64,000 bases of DNA from an uncultured Gemmataceae bacterium (lineage in GTDB: Bacteria; Planctomycetota; Planctomycetia; Gemmatales; Gemmataceae): the NCBI GenBank assembly GCA_963750165.1, contig CAVVPN010000003.1, positions 2,656,001 to 2,720,000 of the forward strand, read 5' to 3'. Position numbers and translations under genes: made by a program. Below the pieces are notes generated by a model, which worked only from the letters and a program-made list of their open reading frames with translations, searched no databases and was not told the DNA's origin. Below, in pieces: positions 1 through 11,308 of the stretch (positions are counted from its first letter, which is position 1; each line of letters begins with the position of its first letter).

Positions 1-613
1 CGAGCACGACGTACTCCGGCAGGTCCTGGTTGAGCGTGCCCAGGCCGTAGCTGACCCACGAGCCGATGGTCGGGAAGGCGCCCTCGCGGATGTGGCGGCC
101 GGTGTGCCAGGTCAGCTGGGCGCCGTGGTCGTTGTGGTTGGTCCACAGCGAGCGCACGACGGCGATGTCGTCGGCCAGGGCGCCGCAGTGCCGCCACCAG
201 TCGGCGACGGCGAGGCCGCTCTGGCCGTGGCGGCGGTGGCCGGTGTTCAGCCCCATGAGGACGCGGCGGCCGCCGTGCGCCGGGTTGCCGCCGATCACGT
301 CGCGCAACCGCTCCGGGTTGAGCGCGGCGCGATAGGGCGTCTCGTCGATGGTGCGGCCGTGGTAGCGGTTCAGTTCCGGCTTGGGGTCGAAGCTCTCGAC
401 GTGGCTGACGCCGCCGCACAGGAAAATCCAGATGACGCTGCGGGCCTTCGGTGGGAAGTGCGGCCGGCCGTCGGGCGGCGGGTTGTCGGCGCGGGCGACG
501 CCGTCGCGGAACAGCAGGGCGCTCAGGGCCAGGCCGGTGAAGCCCATGCCGGTGTCGGCCAGGAAGGTGCGGCGGGACATCCCCGGGCAGCGCGGCGGTC
601 GGTGCGTGGACAT
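1..613 (-). CDS. DUF1501 domain protein (5' part; runs off window)
   Basis: Manual translation: MSTHRPPRCPGMSRRTFLADTGMG (Tat-like), KARSVIWIFLCGGVSHVESFDPKP, GSWVSYGLG. Confidence 0.9.
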   Translation of the reverse strand, partial: MSTHRPPRCPGMSRRTFLADTGMGFTGLALSALLFRDGVARADNPPPDGRPHFPPKARSVIWIFLCGGVSHVESFDPKPELNRYHGRTIDETPYRAALNPERLRDVIGGNPAHGGRRVLMGLNTGHRRHGQSGLAVADWWRHCGALADDIAVVRSLWTNHNDHGAQLTWHTGRHIREGAFPTIGSWVSYGLGTLNQDLPEYVVL

Positions 614-683
614 CGGAAAGCCCCTTGGGAAGCTGGTCCAGTAATTGTCAGCGCTACTTCTACTGTGCGAGGTGGAGTGGGAT

Positions 684-753
684 GAGGCGTAGGACGGCTC
701 TCCAGAGCCGTCTGTGTCGAAGAAGACGGCTCTGGAGAGCCGTCCTACGCCTC
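684..753. repeat. GTAG-type REP-like doublet hairpin
   Basis: GTAGGACGGCTCTCCAGAGCCGTC ... GACGGCTCTGGAGAGCCGTCCTAC; same arms at 4299-4348. Confidence 0.85.
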
Positions 754-780
754 GCTTTCCCCGCATCCCGCACAGTAGAA

Positions 781-1388
781 CTACTCAGGTTGTTTGGCCA
801 GAATCTCGGTAAGTTTTTGAATCTTGATCGGGAGCGGGCGTTGCCATAGCCAGTCCGCGAGCAGCCAAAAACCGGGAAGCACCTCGCTCTGGTAAATCCC
901 CTTTTTCGGCCGCACCTCTCGGTAGGTCCCCCGCACGGACAGGCGCAGCAACATGACCTTTTCCACCACCTCATCCACGATCCAGTATTCGCGGATTCCC
1001 GCCTTCTGGTACTGAGCCCGTTTGTTCTCGTAATCCCGCCCCATGCTTTCCGGCGAGACAATTTCGACGGCGAGATCAGGGGCGCTGCCACGTAACCACA
1101 CTTCACCGACTTCAGCTTGTTTTTACTGACGAAGGCAATATCGGGTTCCGGGGCATTGTTATCGTTCAGCCGGAACGCCACCCGCGACCCATAGACCTTA
1201 CCCAAATTCTTGGCCTGAACGTAATCGTAAATCAACCCCCCCAACCAAAAGAACAGGTCGTTGGCGTCCGTATTCTCGGGCGATGCCATGTAGATTGCCC
1301 CCTCAATCAAATCTCCCTTCTGCCCGTCCTTCACAACCACGCAAAACTCATCGAACGAATAGCCCTTCCTGGCCGTTTGCCGGGACAT
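781..1388 (-). CDS. Uma2 family (DUF820) endonuclease, apparent frameshift near 1090
   Basis: EPDIAFV in ORF 660..1388 continues as APDLAVEIVSP...YQKAGIREYWIVD in ORF 781..1101. Confidence 0.88.
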
Positions 1389-1405
1389 AACTCCCCCTCC
1401 CGAAA

Positions 1406-4039
1406 TTACCGGATCGTCACGAACTCATGATGATTCATCAACACGTGAATAAAATTCTCGCGCGCCCGCAGCACCGGGTCCGCCGCCGGCAACCGGCCCT
1501 CGGGGTCGGCCGGCGCCGCTTTGCCGGGCTGCAGCGCCTGCGCCTGCTGCTTCAGAAACGCTGTGCATTCGCTCAGCTCGGCGGCCGTCGGTGTCCGCGT
1601 CAACACCTGCTCGAACGCCGCGGTCACGAACGCCGCGTCGTCCTTGACCTGCGCCGACAGCGACCGCGCCAGCAGCCGGGCGTGCCTGCGCACCAACGCG
1701 CTATTGCTGAGCGCCAGCGCCTGCTGCGGCACAACGCTGTGCTTGCGCTCGTAGCACTCGACCACGGAGGGGCCATCGAAGATCGCCAGAAACTCCATCT
1801 GCTTCTCGGCGGCGCTCTGGAAGTAGAGACTGCGGCGCGGCACCGTCAGGCCCTGGGTGTGCGGCAGGTCGGGGCCGCCGCGCGTCAGGTCGAGTTTGCC
1901 GGCGACGTGGAATATGCTGTCGCGCACCACCTCCGCCTCGGCGCGGCGCGGGGCCAGCCGCCACAGGTATTTGTTGTCGCGGTCGCGCTTCAGGTTGTGC
2001 TCGTCCGGCGTTGAGGCCAGGCGGTAGACGCTGCTGGTGACGATCAGGCGGTGCAGGTGCTTCATGCTCCAGCCATGTTCCATGAACTCCGCCGCGAGCC
2101 AGTCGAGCAGCGCCGGGTGCGACGGCAGCCGGCCGTTGCGGCCGAAGTCGAAGACGCTCGGCACCAGCGCCTGGCCGAGGTGACGCAGCCAGATGTGATT
2201 GACCGCGACCCGGGCCGTTAGCGGGTTGTCACGATGGGCGATCCAGCGCGCGAAGGCGAGGCGGCGGCCGGTGCTGGTTGCGGGGTAGCTGAGTTTGGAG
2301 CGCGGCGTGTAGAAGATGGTCAGCGGCTGCTGCAGCGCCGCCTGAGCCTTCGCCAGTGCGTCGTCGGCCAAGGAAATCGCCGCGGCGGCCGCGTTTTTCT
2401 TGCCACCGCCGACCGGCGTCTTGGCCAGCGCCGCCGCCACCAGTTTCTTCTTCCGGGCGTCGAACCAGGCCGCCTCGCGCTGCGCGGCGAGCGTGACCCT
2501 GGCCAACCACACCCACTCGGGGGAGTCCTGCTTGCCGGCGTCCTGCAAGGCCTCCGCCTGCAGTTCCGTCTCCACCGCCTCAAGGCGTGCGCGGGCCAGC
2601 TGGGCGTCCAGTTCCATCAGCGCATCGCCGGGCTTTGCCTTCAGCGCCGCCTCCGCTTTGGATAATGCGGCTTTGGCGGCGGTCAGCGCTTCCTGCTTGA
2701 CGAACTCGCGTTTGTCCGGGTTCTGTGCGGTTAGCGACAACTTCACCGGCTTAACCGCGAACGTGCCGCCGAGCGCTTCCAGCACGCCGGGGGCCAGCGG
2801 CGTTTTGTCCGGTGTGCGGTCGTCGCCGCGCAGGAACAGGAACGTTTTCGCGTCCAACTCCTTGTCGTAGACGCGCGCGACGCCATCCTTCAACAGGTTT
2901 GGCTGGCTGGGGACGCGATCAATGCGGACGTGGTGCGGCTCAAAAATGGCACGCACCCGATAGTATTCCTTCTGCGAAATCGGGTCGTACATGTGATCGT
3001 GGCATTTGGCACAGCCGAGCGTCAAGCCGAGGAACGCTTGCGCCGTGTGATCCACCGTGTCCTGCAGCCATTTCTCGCGGCTCAGCAGCTTGAAGTTGCG
3101 CACCAGGTAGCCCGTGGCCCGCAGCGCCTGCGGGTCGTCCGGCGTCAGTTCGTCGGCCGCGAGCATGTCCACGATCATGCGGTCGTAGCCGCGGTCGGCG
3201 TTGAGCGACTCGACGATCCAGTCACGCCAGCGCCAGACGTGCGGCTGACTGTCGCGCACCTGCGACCCGTAGCCGGCCCAGTCGCTGTAGCGCCACACGT
3301 CCATCCAGTGCCGCGCCCAGCGCTCGCCGTATTGCGGGCTCGCCAGCAACCGCTCGACCACCTGCTCGTAAGCGTCCGGCGATCTGTCTGCCAGGAAGGC
3401 GTGCAGCTGTTCGCGCGTCGGCGGCAGACCGATCAGGTCGAGGTAGACGCGGCGCAGCAGCACGGCGCGCGGCGCCTCGGGCCGTGGCTTCAGACCCAGC
3501 GCCTCGTGCTCGGTGGCGATGAAGGCGTCGATGGGGTTGCGCACCCAGGTGGCGTGCTTGACCGCCGGCACGGCGGGCCGCTTGACCACCTCGAAGGGCC
3601 GCCACGGGTAGCCGGCGCGGAAGCGGGCGAAGGCGGCGAGCAATTGCTTCGCCTCTTTCAGCTCCGAGGTGTCCGGTTTGTCGCCGGCCTCGCCGGGATA
3701 ATGGCCGGTGAGCAGCTCAAGCAAGTTGGACACGCCGTCGCCGTCGGCGTCCTCGCGGGCGATGGCGTCGAGGCGGTCGGCGATGGTCGTCTTTTTGCCA
3801 GCCTTCTTCAGTTCGCGGCGCACGACCACGAGGCGCTCGCCGAAGACGTTGTGCGGCCTGTCCGCGTCGCCGGGTTTGGCGCCGGGCCGGTCGGGCAGGT
3901 GGCAGGTGCGGCAGTCGTTGAGCTTTTTGGCCAGGAACGGCCCGAAATACTCGGCCAGCGCCTGCTTGTGGGCGGGGCGGGCGGTCGCGGCGGGCGCGGC
4001 CAGCAGCACGACGAACAGCGGCAGAAGGGTGCGACGCAT
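1406..4039 (-). CDS. DUF1549/DUF1553 planctomycete protein with CxxCH motifs
   Basis: CRTCH, NPIDAFI, YGERWARHWMDVWRY, CAKCHDH, NPLTARVAVN, PSHPALLDWLA, PQQALAL. Confidence 0.92.
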   Translation of the reverse strand: MRRTLLPLFVVLLAAPAATARPAHKQALAEYFGPFLAKKLNDCRTCHLPDRPGAKPGDADRPHNVFGERLVVVRRELKKAGKKTTIADRLDAIAREDADGDGVSNLLELLTGHYPGEAGDKPDTSELKEAKQLLAAFARFRAGYPWRPFEVVKRPAVPAVKHATWVRNPIDAFIATEHEALGLKPRPEAPRAVLLRRVYLDLIGLPPTREQLHAFLADRSPDAYEQVVERLLASPQYGERWARHWMDVWRYSDWAGYGSQVRDSQPHVWRWRDWIVESLNADRGYDRMIVDMLAADELTPDDPQALRATGYLVRNFKLLSREKWLQDTVDHTAQAFLGLTLGCAKCHDHMYDPISQKEYYRVRAIFEPHHVRIDRVPSQPNLLKDGVARVYDKELDAKTFLFLRGDDRTPDKTPLAPGVLEALGGTFAVKPVKLSLTAQNPDKREFVKQEALTAAKAALSKAEAALKAKPGDALMELDAQLARARLEAVETELQAEALQDAGKQDSPEWVWLARVTLAAQREAAWFDARKKKLVAAALAKTPVGGGKKNAAAAAISLADDALAKAQAALQQPLTIFYTPRSKLSYPATSTGRRLAFARWIAHRDNPLTARVAVNHIWLRHLGQALVPSVFDFGRNGRLPSHPALLDWLAAEFMEHGWSMKHLHRLIVTSSVYRLASTPDEHNLKRDRDNKYLWRLAPRRAEAEVVRDSIFHVAGKLDLTRGGPDLPHTQGLTVPRRSLYFQSAAEKQMEFLAIFDGPSVVECYERKHSVVPQQALALSNSALVRRHARLLARSLSAQVKDDAAFVTAAFEQVLTRTPTAAELSECTAFLKQQAQALQPGKAAPADPEGRLPAADPVLRARENFIHVLMNHHEFVTIR

Positions 4040-4156
4040 GGCGGGACCACTCGGGGATTCGCGGATGGAACGTCCTCATCGTAGCCCGGGGCGAGTTGCC
4101 AAGGCAAGCGTAATCCGCTGCCAGGTGCGGCCTGCGCGAACGGCGTCCGGGCGGCG

Positions 4157-4203
4157 CAAGGGTGCCAAGAATGCCAAGGGTGCCAACATTTTCGCACGTC
4201 GAG
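4157..4203 (-). repeat. 50-bp dispersed repeat, copy 1 (CTCGACGTG-GAAAA-GTTGGC + 9-bp CTTGGCnnn units)
   Basis: Reverse complement CTCGACGTGCGAAAATGTTGGCACCCTTGGCATTCTTGGCACCCTTG matches copies at 22521, 22632, 31231, 31331, 35755. Confidence 0.8.
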
Positions 4204-4271
4204 TTTAGAGCAACCGAACCAACCAGCCTGCCAACTGCTCCGCCAGTCGAGGCCGTGGTGCCTTCTGCCTT

Positions 4272-4370
4272 GGAGGCGCCGAACAACAACTTCCAAGAGT
4301 AGGACGGCTCTCCAGAGCCGTCCCGACGGCTCTGGAGAGCCGTCCTACGAAGTTGTTGTTCGGCGCCTCC
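4272..4370. repeat. Nested hairpin: GTAG REP doublet inside a 22-bp inverted repeat
   Basis: GGAGGCGCCGAACAACAACTTC ... GAAGTTGTTGTTCGGCGCCTCC encloses the REP doublet. Confidence 0.85.
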
Positions 4371-4434
4371 TTGTGGGCGGCGGGTGTCATATAAATACCT
4401 ACTGAAATCCACCGCAGCCCCTGTGAGATACACC

Positions 4435-6146
4435 ATGCTCCGCACGGCCCTGCCATTCTGTCTCGCCCTTTCTTTCTGCACTCCGGCTGCCGCAGGCGAT
4501 GCGCCGGAGGTCCAGAAAAGCCTCAAGGATCTGGCCGACAAGGATGCGAAGCAGCGCCTGGCCGCGGCGCGGCGCCTGTCGAACCCCCAGGCCGGCGGCA
4601 AGGAAGTCGTCGCCGCGCTCGGCAAGGCCGCCGCGGACGACGACCCGGCCGTGCGCGCGCCGCGCTGGACGCCCTGCGCCTGCGCGGCCCCGCCGCCGCC
4701 GCTGCCTTGTCCGATCTCAAGCAGGCGCTCAAGCACAGCGACGCCTTCACGCGCGAACGCGCCGCCGCCGCCCTGGCTGCCATCGGCCCGAAGGCGAAGG
4801 AGGCCGAGGCGCTGCTCGCCGCCGCCGTCCAGGATCGCGACACGATGGTCTGCCGCGCCGCCGCCCACGCCCTGGCCTGCATCGGTGCCACCAGCGCGGA
4901 CGCCCTGGAGGGCCTGCGCCGCGCCCTGACCGACGCGGATTTCGGCGTCCGCCTCGCCGCTGCCCGCGCCCTGACTGACCTGGCGCCGCACAACGAGGCG
5001 ATCATTCAGGCACTGACAGCGACGGCGCTCGCAGGCCGCAAGGCGGAGGTCAAGGACAGGAAGGCGCTGCCGAAGTTGCCCAAAAACGCCAGGGCCCGGG
5101 ACGACCAGACGGAGCTGCGCGTCCAGTCGCTGCGGGCGTTGGCGGCCATCGGGTCGGCGGCCCGATCGGTTGCCCCGAAGTTGACGCCCTTGCTCCGCGA
5201 CCTGGAAAAGGTCATCGTAGTCCGCACCGATAAGGGCAAGGATGTCGAACAGGAAGCGAGCGCGGAGCCGGACGTTGCGGTGCGTCTCCAGGCCATTGCC
5301 ACACTGCAAGCGCTCGGCGCCACGCAGGAGGCGGTAGGGGGGCCGCTGGAGAAGGCGCTGCAGGATCGCAACCCGATGGTGCGGTTGCACGCCGCCGCGG
5401 CGCTGCGGACAATGGGCGAACCCACCGAGAAACTGGCACAGCCCGTGCGGGAAGCGCTGGCGTCGCCGGACGGGCGGGTGCGTTACCGGGCGGCGGTCCT
5501 GTTGACGGACTGGGGCCAGGACACCGACGGCAAGGCGGTGCAGGCCCTCCTTGGTTTGGTGGGCGACAAGCAGGAAAGCCCGGCCGTGCGCCGCGCCGCC
5601 GCCGCGACCCTGGCACGGTTGAAGCAGCACCTGGGCCTGGTGGAGGTGTACGTGCTCGGGGCCGTGACCGACCCCAACCCGGTCATCCGTGGCGAGGCGC
5701 TGCGGTTGCTGGAACTGCTGCCAGCATCGAAACAGCTGTCGGCTGCGGACAGGCTCAAGCGCCTGCGCGACGGCCTCAAGGATTCCAGCCCGTACGTCCA
5801 GCGGATGGCGGTGCGGACGCTCGGCGGCCTCGGCGCTGCCGCGAAGGAAACCGTCCCCGCGCTGAAAAAACTGCTCGACGCGAAGGACCTGGACCTGAGC
5901 CTGGAGGCGGCGCTGGCGCTGGTGCGCATCGACTCGAAGAACCAGGAAGCGGCCGAGTTGCTGACGAAGCGCCTCGGGCGGCCCTGGGTGCGTGGCGGTC
6001 GCGTCGGCTACCTCAAGACGCTGGCCGCGTCGAAGGCGGAGTTGCAGGCGCTGGACGGATGGTTCCAGGATTTGGCCGCGCACGACCCCGAGCCCGCGGT
6101 GCGCCGGCTGGCCGCGTCGGTGAAGGACAGGGCGAAAAAGCAGTGA
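4435..6146 (+). CDS. Secreted HEAT-repeat protein, apparent frameshift near 4660-4680
   Basis: Signal-like MLRTALPFCLALSF; repeated D...VR..AA.AL..IG helical motifs in ORF 4707..6146. Confidence 0.85.
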
Positions 6147-6312
6147 GCGCTTCTTTTCTGCCGCTTGCGGATCAGGGTGTTCGCGGCAGCCGACGCCTGG
6201 AAAGCACCCGTCTTGCCCCGCAACCGAAGGGGCGCATAATAGATTCTGTGGACGCAGAACAGACCTACCACGAATGCTCGGCGACACCCTCACCGGAGTC
6301 AGGCCTCAACTT

Positions 6313-8805
6313 ATGCGACCCACCGCCACCATCTTTGTTGTTGCGCTGGTCCTGACCGTAAGTTTTGTCGGCGTCACCGCAGCCGGGGCGGCGGCGCAAA
6401 AGCCCGCTGCCTTGACGAAAGAAGGCGTGGCGTTCTTCGAGAAGTACATCCGTCCGGTCCTGGCCGAGCGCTGTTACGAGTGTCATTCGACGCAGTCCAA
6501 AAAGGTGAAGGGCGAACTGCTGCTCGATTCGCAACCGGGCATGGCCAGGGGGGCGCCAACGGCCCAGTCCTGGTCCCCGGCGATGTCGAAAAAAGCCGGC
6601 TGATCCAGGCCATCCGCTGGACCGACTCCGACTTCGCCATGCCGCCCAAGGCCAAGCTGTCGCCGCAGCAAATCGAGCGCTTCGAGCAGTGGGTCAAGAT
6701 GGTGCGCCGGACCCGCGCACCAAGGTGGTGTCAGCAGCGCCCAAGAAAACGCTCGCCTCCGACCTGGAGGCCGGTCGCAAGTGGTGGGCGTTTCTTCCGG
6801 TGAACCCGGTGGCCGCGCCGGTGGTCAAGCAATCGGCATGGGCCAGGAAGAAAAGCGACTTTTTCGTGCTGCACGAACTCGAAGCGAAAAAAATCGCCCC
6901 GTCGCCCCGCGCCGATCCCCGCACGCTCATTCAACGCGCTTACCTCGACCTCACCGGCCTGCGCCCCAGCTACGAACAAACCGAGGCCTTCGCCAAAAAT
7001 CCCACCGATCAGGCCTACGCACAGATCGTCGAACAACTCCTCGCCTCGCCCCAGTATGGCCAGCGCTGGGGCCGCTACTGGCTCGATGTCGTCCGCTACG
7101 GCGAGGACAACCCGACCTCCGAAGCCACCAACCGGCCCTATCCCTATGCGTGGCGCTACCGTGACTGGGTCATTGATGCCATCAACCGCGACGTGCCGTA
7201 CAACCAGTTCGTCGCGCTGCAGCTCGCCGCCGACCTGATCCCGAAGACGCCCCGCGGCGACCTCGTCGCCACCGGCTTCCTGGCGCGGGGCCGATCTATC
7301 ACAAGGACGGCCGCCTGTCCAAGGAGGTCATCGAAAACCTCTACATGGATGATTGGGACGAGCGCGTGGACGTGGTTTCCCGCGGCGTGCTCGGGCTCAC
7401 CGTGGCCTGTGCCCGCTGTCACGATCACAAGTTCGACCCGATCTCCAGCCGCGATTACTACGCCCTGGCCGGGGTCTTCGCCTCCACGGTCGCCGCCCCC
7501 CGCCCTCTGGCCGCCGTCGATCCCCAGGTCGAAACGCGCTTCATGGCCGCGACCCAGCGTCTTTTCTACGTCAGCTACCTCGCCAATTTGATGCGCAGCG
7601 AACCGGGAACCAGGCCGAAGGCAGCCCGGAAAAAGGTCGAGCAGTTCATCAAGGAACTGGACAGTATTGAGGCCGAGATCGCCGACCTCCGCGACCAGTA
7701 TCCCGCGCTTCATGCCCACCTCGCCCGCCTGGACAAGCGGCCGGCGCCTTACGAAACCAGGCCGGGCACCAGGACGGCCCCGCCGGCGGGGAAGCAAAAA
7801 AAGAAACGCGGCGACGGCGCCGAACCGTATTTCCATTCGGTCTTTGACGCCGGCCTGTGGGTGGACGGCACCGACCCGGACCTGACGCTGCTCGACATCC
7901 GGCCCGGCCAGCCCCGCGACCTGCGCGTGCTCGCCGGCGGCAACGTCGCCAAGCCCGGCGAAGTCGCCTCGCGTGGCTTCCCGGCCGTCCTGGCGAAGGG
8001 TGACCCCAAATTTCACCACGGCTCGGGCCGGCGGGAACTGGCGGCAAAAATCTTTACCGACGCCGCCCCGCTCGCCGCCCGGGTCATCGTCAATCGCGTC
8101 TGGGGCTGGCACTTCGGCAAGCCGCTGGTCGAGACGCCGAGCGATTTCGGCACCCAGGGCGAGAAACCGTCGCACCCCCAGTTGCTCGACGACCTGGCCG
8201 CGCGTTTCATCGCCCACGGCTGGTCGCTCAAATGGCTACACCGCGAGATCATGCTCTCCGCCGCCTACCAGCAGGCCAGCCGCCCGCGCCCCGACGCCGC
8301 CAAACTCGACCCCGGCAATCGCCTGCTGTGGCGGATGAACCCGCGCCGCCTCGACATCGAGGCGTATCGCGACTGCCTCCTGCAAGCGACCGGCAGTCTG
8401 GACACCCGTCTGGGCGGCCCGTCCACGGATCTCGACCAGTCCGGCAACAAGCGCCGCACCGTGTACGGCCGTGTCAGCCGCGGGCGCGTCAATGGCCTGC
8501 TGGCACTTTACGGCTTCCCCGAAGCGACGATGCACAGCCCCGGCCGCGAGACCACGACCACGCCGCTGCAGCAACTGTTCGTTCTGAACAGTCCGTTCCT
8601 GCGCGACCGGGCCGCCGCGCTCGTCGGCAGTGTCGCGCAGGAGCCGGACGGGAACGCGAAGGTGCGTGCCCTGTACCGCCGGGTGCTGGCCCGCGACCCC
8701 AGCCCGCGCGAGTTGACGCTGGCGAACGCCTACCTCGCTGGCGGCAGCCTGACCGATTACACCCACGCGCTGCTCTGCACCAACGAGGTCATTTACTGGC
8801 CGTGA
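6313..8805 (+). CDS. Planctomycete cytochrome c + DUF1549/DUF1553 protein, about 3 apparent frameshifts
   Basis: [62 protein letters not shown] spread over successive frames. Confidence 0.88.
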
Positions 8806-8825
8806 ACAAGTCTAGGAGGCTCACG

Positions 8826-10286
8826 ATGCGAATGCCCACATCGATCCTGGCCCTGCTGGCGGCCACACTCCTGGTGTCGCCCATCTGCCCTCAAGAGGGT
8901 GGGGCGCCGGCAAGCAAGGAACAGTCCGATGCGTCGGTCAAGAAGGTGAAGGAACTCCGGAAGGAGCGGATCGCCGTCTTGAAGAACCTGACTGAAGCAG
9001 TCGGTGTCTTGTACAAGAGCATGAGAACGAACACGTCGATCGACGACGTGTTTGAGGCGCGGCAGCTGCTGATCGCGGCGGAACTGGAGGCTGCGGAAAC
9101 GGAGGCGGAGCGCGTCGAACTCTACAAGAACCTCGTCGCCGTGCTGAAGCAGCAGGAGTCGTTGGCCGACCAGCGCGTCAAGGCGACGCGAGGAACCATG
9201 GTGAGCGTCCTCAAGGTGAAAGCGAAGCGCCTGGAAGCCGAGATCCACCTGGAGCAAGCGAAGGCTAACCTGGAGCAAACGCAGGCGAAAATGCCCGAGG
9301 TGAAGCACCAGAAGATTGTGGTCACCAGCCCCAGGGCCAAGGACATCATCATCACCCAGCAGTACGTCTGCCAGATCCATTCACACCACCACATCAAGGT
9401 CCGTTCTTTGCAGAAGGGGTATCTTGAGGAGATCCCGGTCAAAGAGGGCCAGGTTGTGAAGAAGGGCGCGGTGCTGTTCAAGATCCTGCCAACGCTCTAC
9501 AAGGCAAAACTGGACGCCGAGTTGGCCGAGGCCCTGCTCGCGGAGTTGGAATTCAAGAACACCAAAAAGTTGTACGAGCAGAAAGTGATCGGTCCGCAGG
9601 AGGTGGCATTGTACGAGGCCAAACTGGCCCGGGCCCGGGCCAAGGCGGAGCTGGCGAAAGCCGAATTGAACTTTACCGAGGTGAGGGCGCCATTCGACGG
9701 CCGCATCGGCCGCCAGCACGAGCAGCAGGGTAGCCTGGTCAAGGAAGGGGACGTCCTCACGACCCTGTCCGACAACAGCGTGCTGTGGGTTTATTTCAAC
9801 GTGCCCGAGATCCGCTACCTCGAATACAAGGCCAACCCGGGTAAGGAGTGGAAAATCGAACTCGTGCTGGCCAACGGTAGCAAATTCGCGGATAGCAATA
9901 CCGGCAAGGTGATCGCCGGCAAGATCAGTGCGAACGAGGCCGACTTCAACAACGAGTCCGGGACCGTCACCTTCCGCGCGGATTTTCCCAACCCGGAAGA
10001 CCTGCTGCGCAATGGGATGACCGGCAAGGTGTTGATCCACCGGACGTTGACAAACGCCATCGTCATCCCTCAGCGGGCGACGTTCGAGATACTCGACCAG
10101 CGGTACGTTTACGTCGTCGATAAGGGCGGCCTGGTGCATCAGCGCAAGATCATCGTCCAGAACGAAGTGGGGGACCTCTTCGTCGTCACCAAGGGAGTTG
10201 GCGTGGACGATCGGATCATTCTCGAGGGGATTCGACAGGTGCGCGACGGCGAGAAGGTGGAATACGAGTTCCGTCCCCCAAAATAG
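8826..10286 (+). CDS. RND efflux periplasmic adaptor (MFP) with extra N-terminal helical domain
   Basis: Lipoyl-like VKEGQVVKKGAVLF and VRAPFDGRIG, VYFNVPE, FPNPEDLLRNGM, IPQRAT. Confidence 0.88.
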   Translation: MRMPTSILALLAATLLVSPICPQEGGAPASKEQSDASVKKVKELRKERIAVLKNLTEAVGVLYKSMRTNTSIDDVFEARQLLIAAELEAAETEAERVELYKNLVAVLKQQESLADQRVKATRGTMVSVLKVKAKRLEAEIHLEQAKANLEQTQAKMPEVKHQKIVVTSPRAKDIIITQQYVCQIHSHHHIKVRSLQKGYLEEIPVKEGQVVKKGAVLFKILPTLYKAKLDAELAEALLAELEFKNTKKLYEQKVIGPQEVALYEAKLARARAKAELAKAELNFTEVRAPFDGRIGRQHEQQGSLVKEGDVLTTLSDNSVLWVYFNVPEIRYLEYKANPGKEWKIELVLANGSKFADSNTGKVIAGKISANEADFNNESGTVTFRADFPNPEDLLRNGMTGKVLIHRTLTNAIVIPQRATFEILDQRYVYVVDKGGLVHQRKIIVQNEVGDLFVVTKGVGVDDRIILEGIRQVRDGEKVEYEFRPPK

Positions 10287-10355
10287 GAAAAGCCTGTTGT
10301 TCCATGGGAGCGAGCCGCCTCGTAGAATCGGGTGCATTCCAGAGAGGGCCGTCCG

Positions 10356-11237
10356 ATGGCTGCTGAGGAGGGGTTGCGCGACTGGCACCGGCTGTTCGGG
10401 CTGCTGCTGACCGACTTCTTCAGCGGCTCGCCCTTCGTCGTCGAGGTCGAGCGCGACCTGTCGGTGCAGCAGCAGTTCCTCGACGTGCTCATCGTCCGCC
10501 GCAGCCGCGGGCGCTTCGCCGGCCGCCTGCCCGACGGCCTGGAGGGGCTGCGGCCGCACAACCTGATGACGTTCAAGTCGCACCACGAGGCGCTGGACGG
10601 CTTCGCAATGAAGGAACTGGTTGGCGCGGACGTGGCTTACCGCAAGTACGTCAGTCCGTCGCCAGCCGAACGGCTGCCCGACGAGCAGTTCGGCCTGTAC
10701 GCGGTGGCCGCCCGCTTCCCGCATAACCTGGCGCAGCAGGTTCCCTGGCAGCAGGTTCAGGCCGGCGTGTATGATTGCCGCTGGGGAACCGACATTGTGC
10801 GCGTCATCGTCGCGGGGGAACTGCCGCGCGAGCCGCACAACGCGCCCCTGCATCTGTTCAGCGCCTCGCCGGAGTTGGTGAGCTTCGCTACCGGTGCCTA
10901 CCGGCGGCGCTCGCAGTACACAAGCGCGCTGCTGAGGCAGCTATTCGAGCGGTTCCAGGGGGAGGGTCTGACCATGACCTACACGATGGAAGATTTCATG
11001 CGCCAGTTCGTCAAGGAGCACTTCGCGCAACTGTCGCCGGAGGAGCAGCGCGAAGCATTGGAGCGACTCTCCCCCGAACGCCGCCGCCAGTACATCAAGG
11101 AGCACTTCGCGCTGCTATCGCCGGAGGAGCAGCGCGAAGCGCTGGAGGGCCTGTCCGAGGAGCAACTCCGGCAGCTGTTGGACCGGCCGGCCGAGGGCCG
11201 GACGCCCCGGCCGCGCAAATCGCGGCGGAAGAAGTGA
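10356..11237 (+). CDS. Putative PD-(D/E)xK (Rpn-like) protein with C-terminal 28-aa tandem repeat
   Basis: WHRLF...LDVLIV...TFKS arrangement; KEHFAxLSPEEQREALExLS twice. Confidence 0.6.
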   Translation: MAAEEGLRDWHRLFGLLLTDFFSGSPFVVEVERDLSVQQQFLDVLIVRRSRGRFAGRLPDGLEGLRPHNLMTFKSHHEALDGFAMKELVGADVAYRKYVSPSPAERLPDEQFGLYAVAARFPHNLAQQVPWQQVQAGVYDCRWGTDIVRVIVAGELPREPHNAPLHLFSASPELVSFATGAYRRRSQYTSALLRQLFERFQGEGLTMTYTMEDFMRQFVKEHFAQLSPEEQREALERLSPERRRQYIKEHFALLSPEEQREALEGLSEEQLRQLLDRPAEGRTPRPRKSRRKK

Positions 11238-11308
11238 CAGGGCAGCGTTCGCAGGGACATACGGATCGCGAAATCAGCGTGAAACACCAGTGAGGTAATC
11301 TTCCGGCC

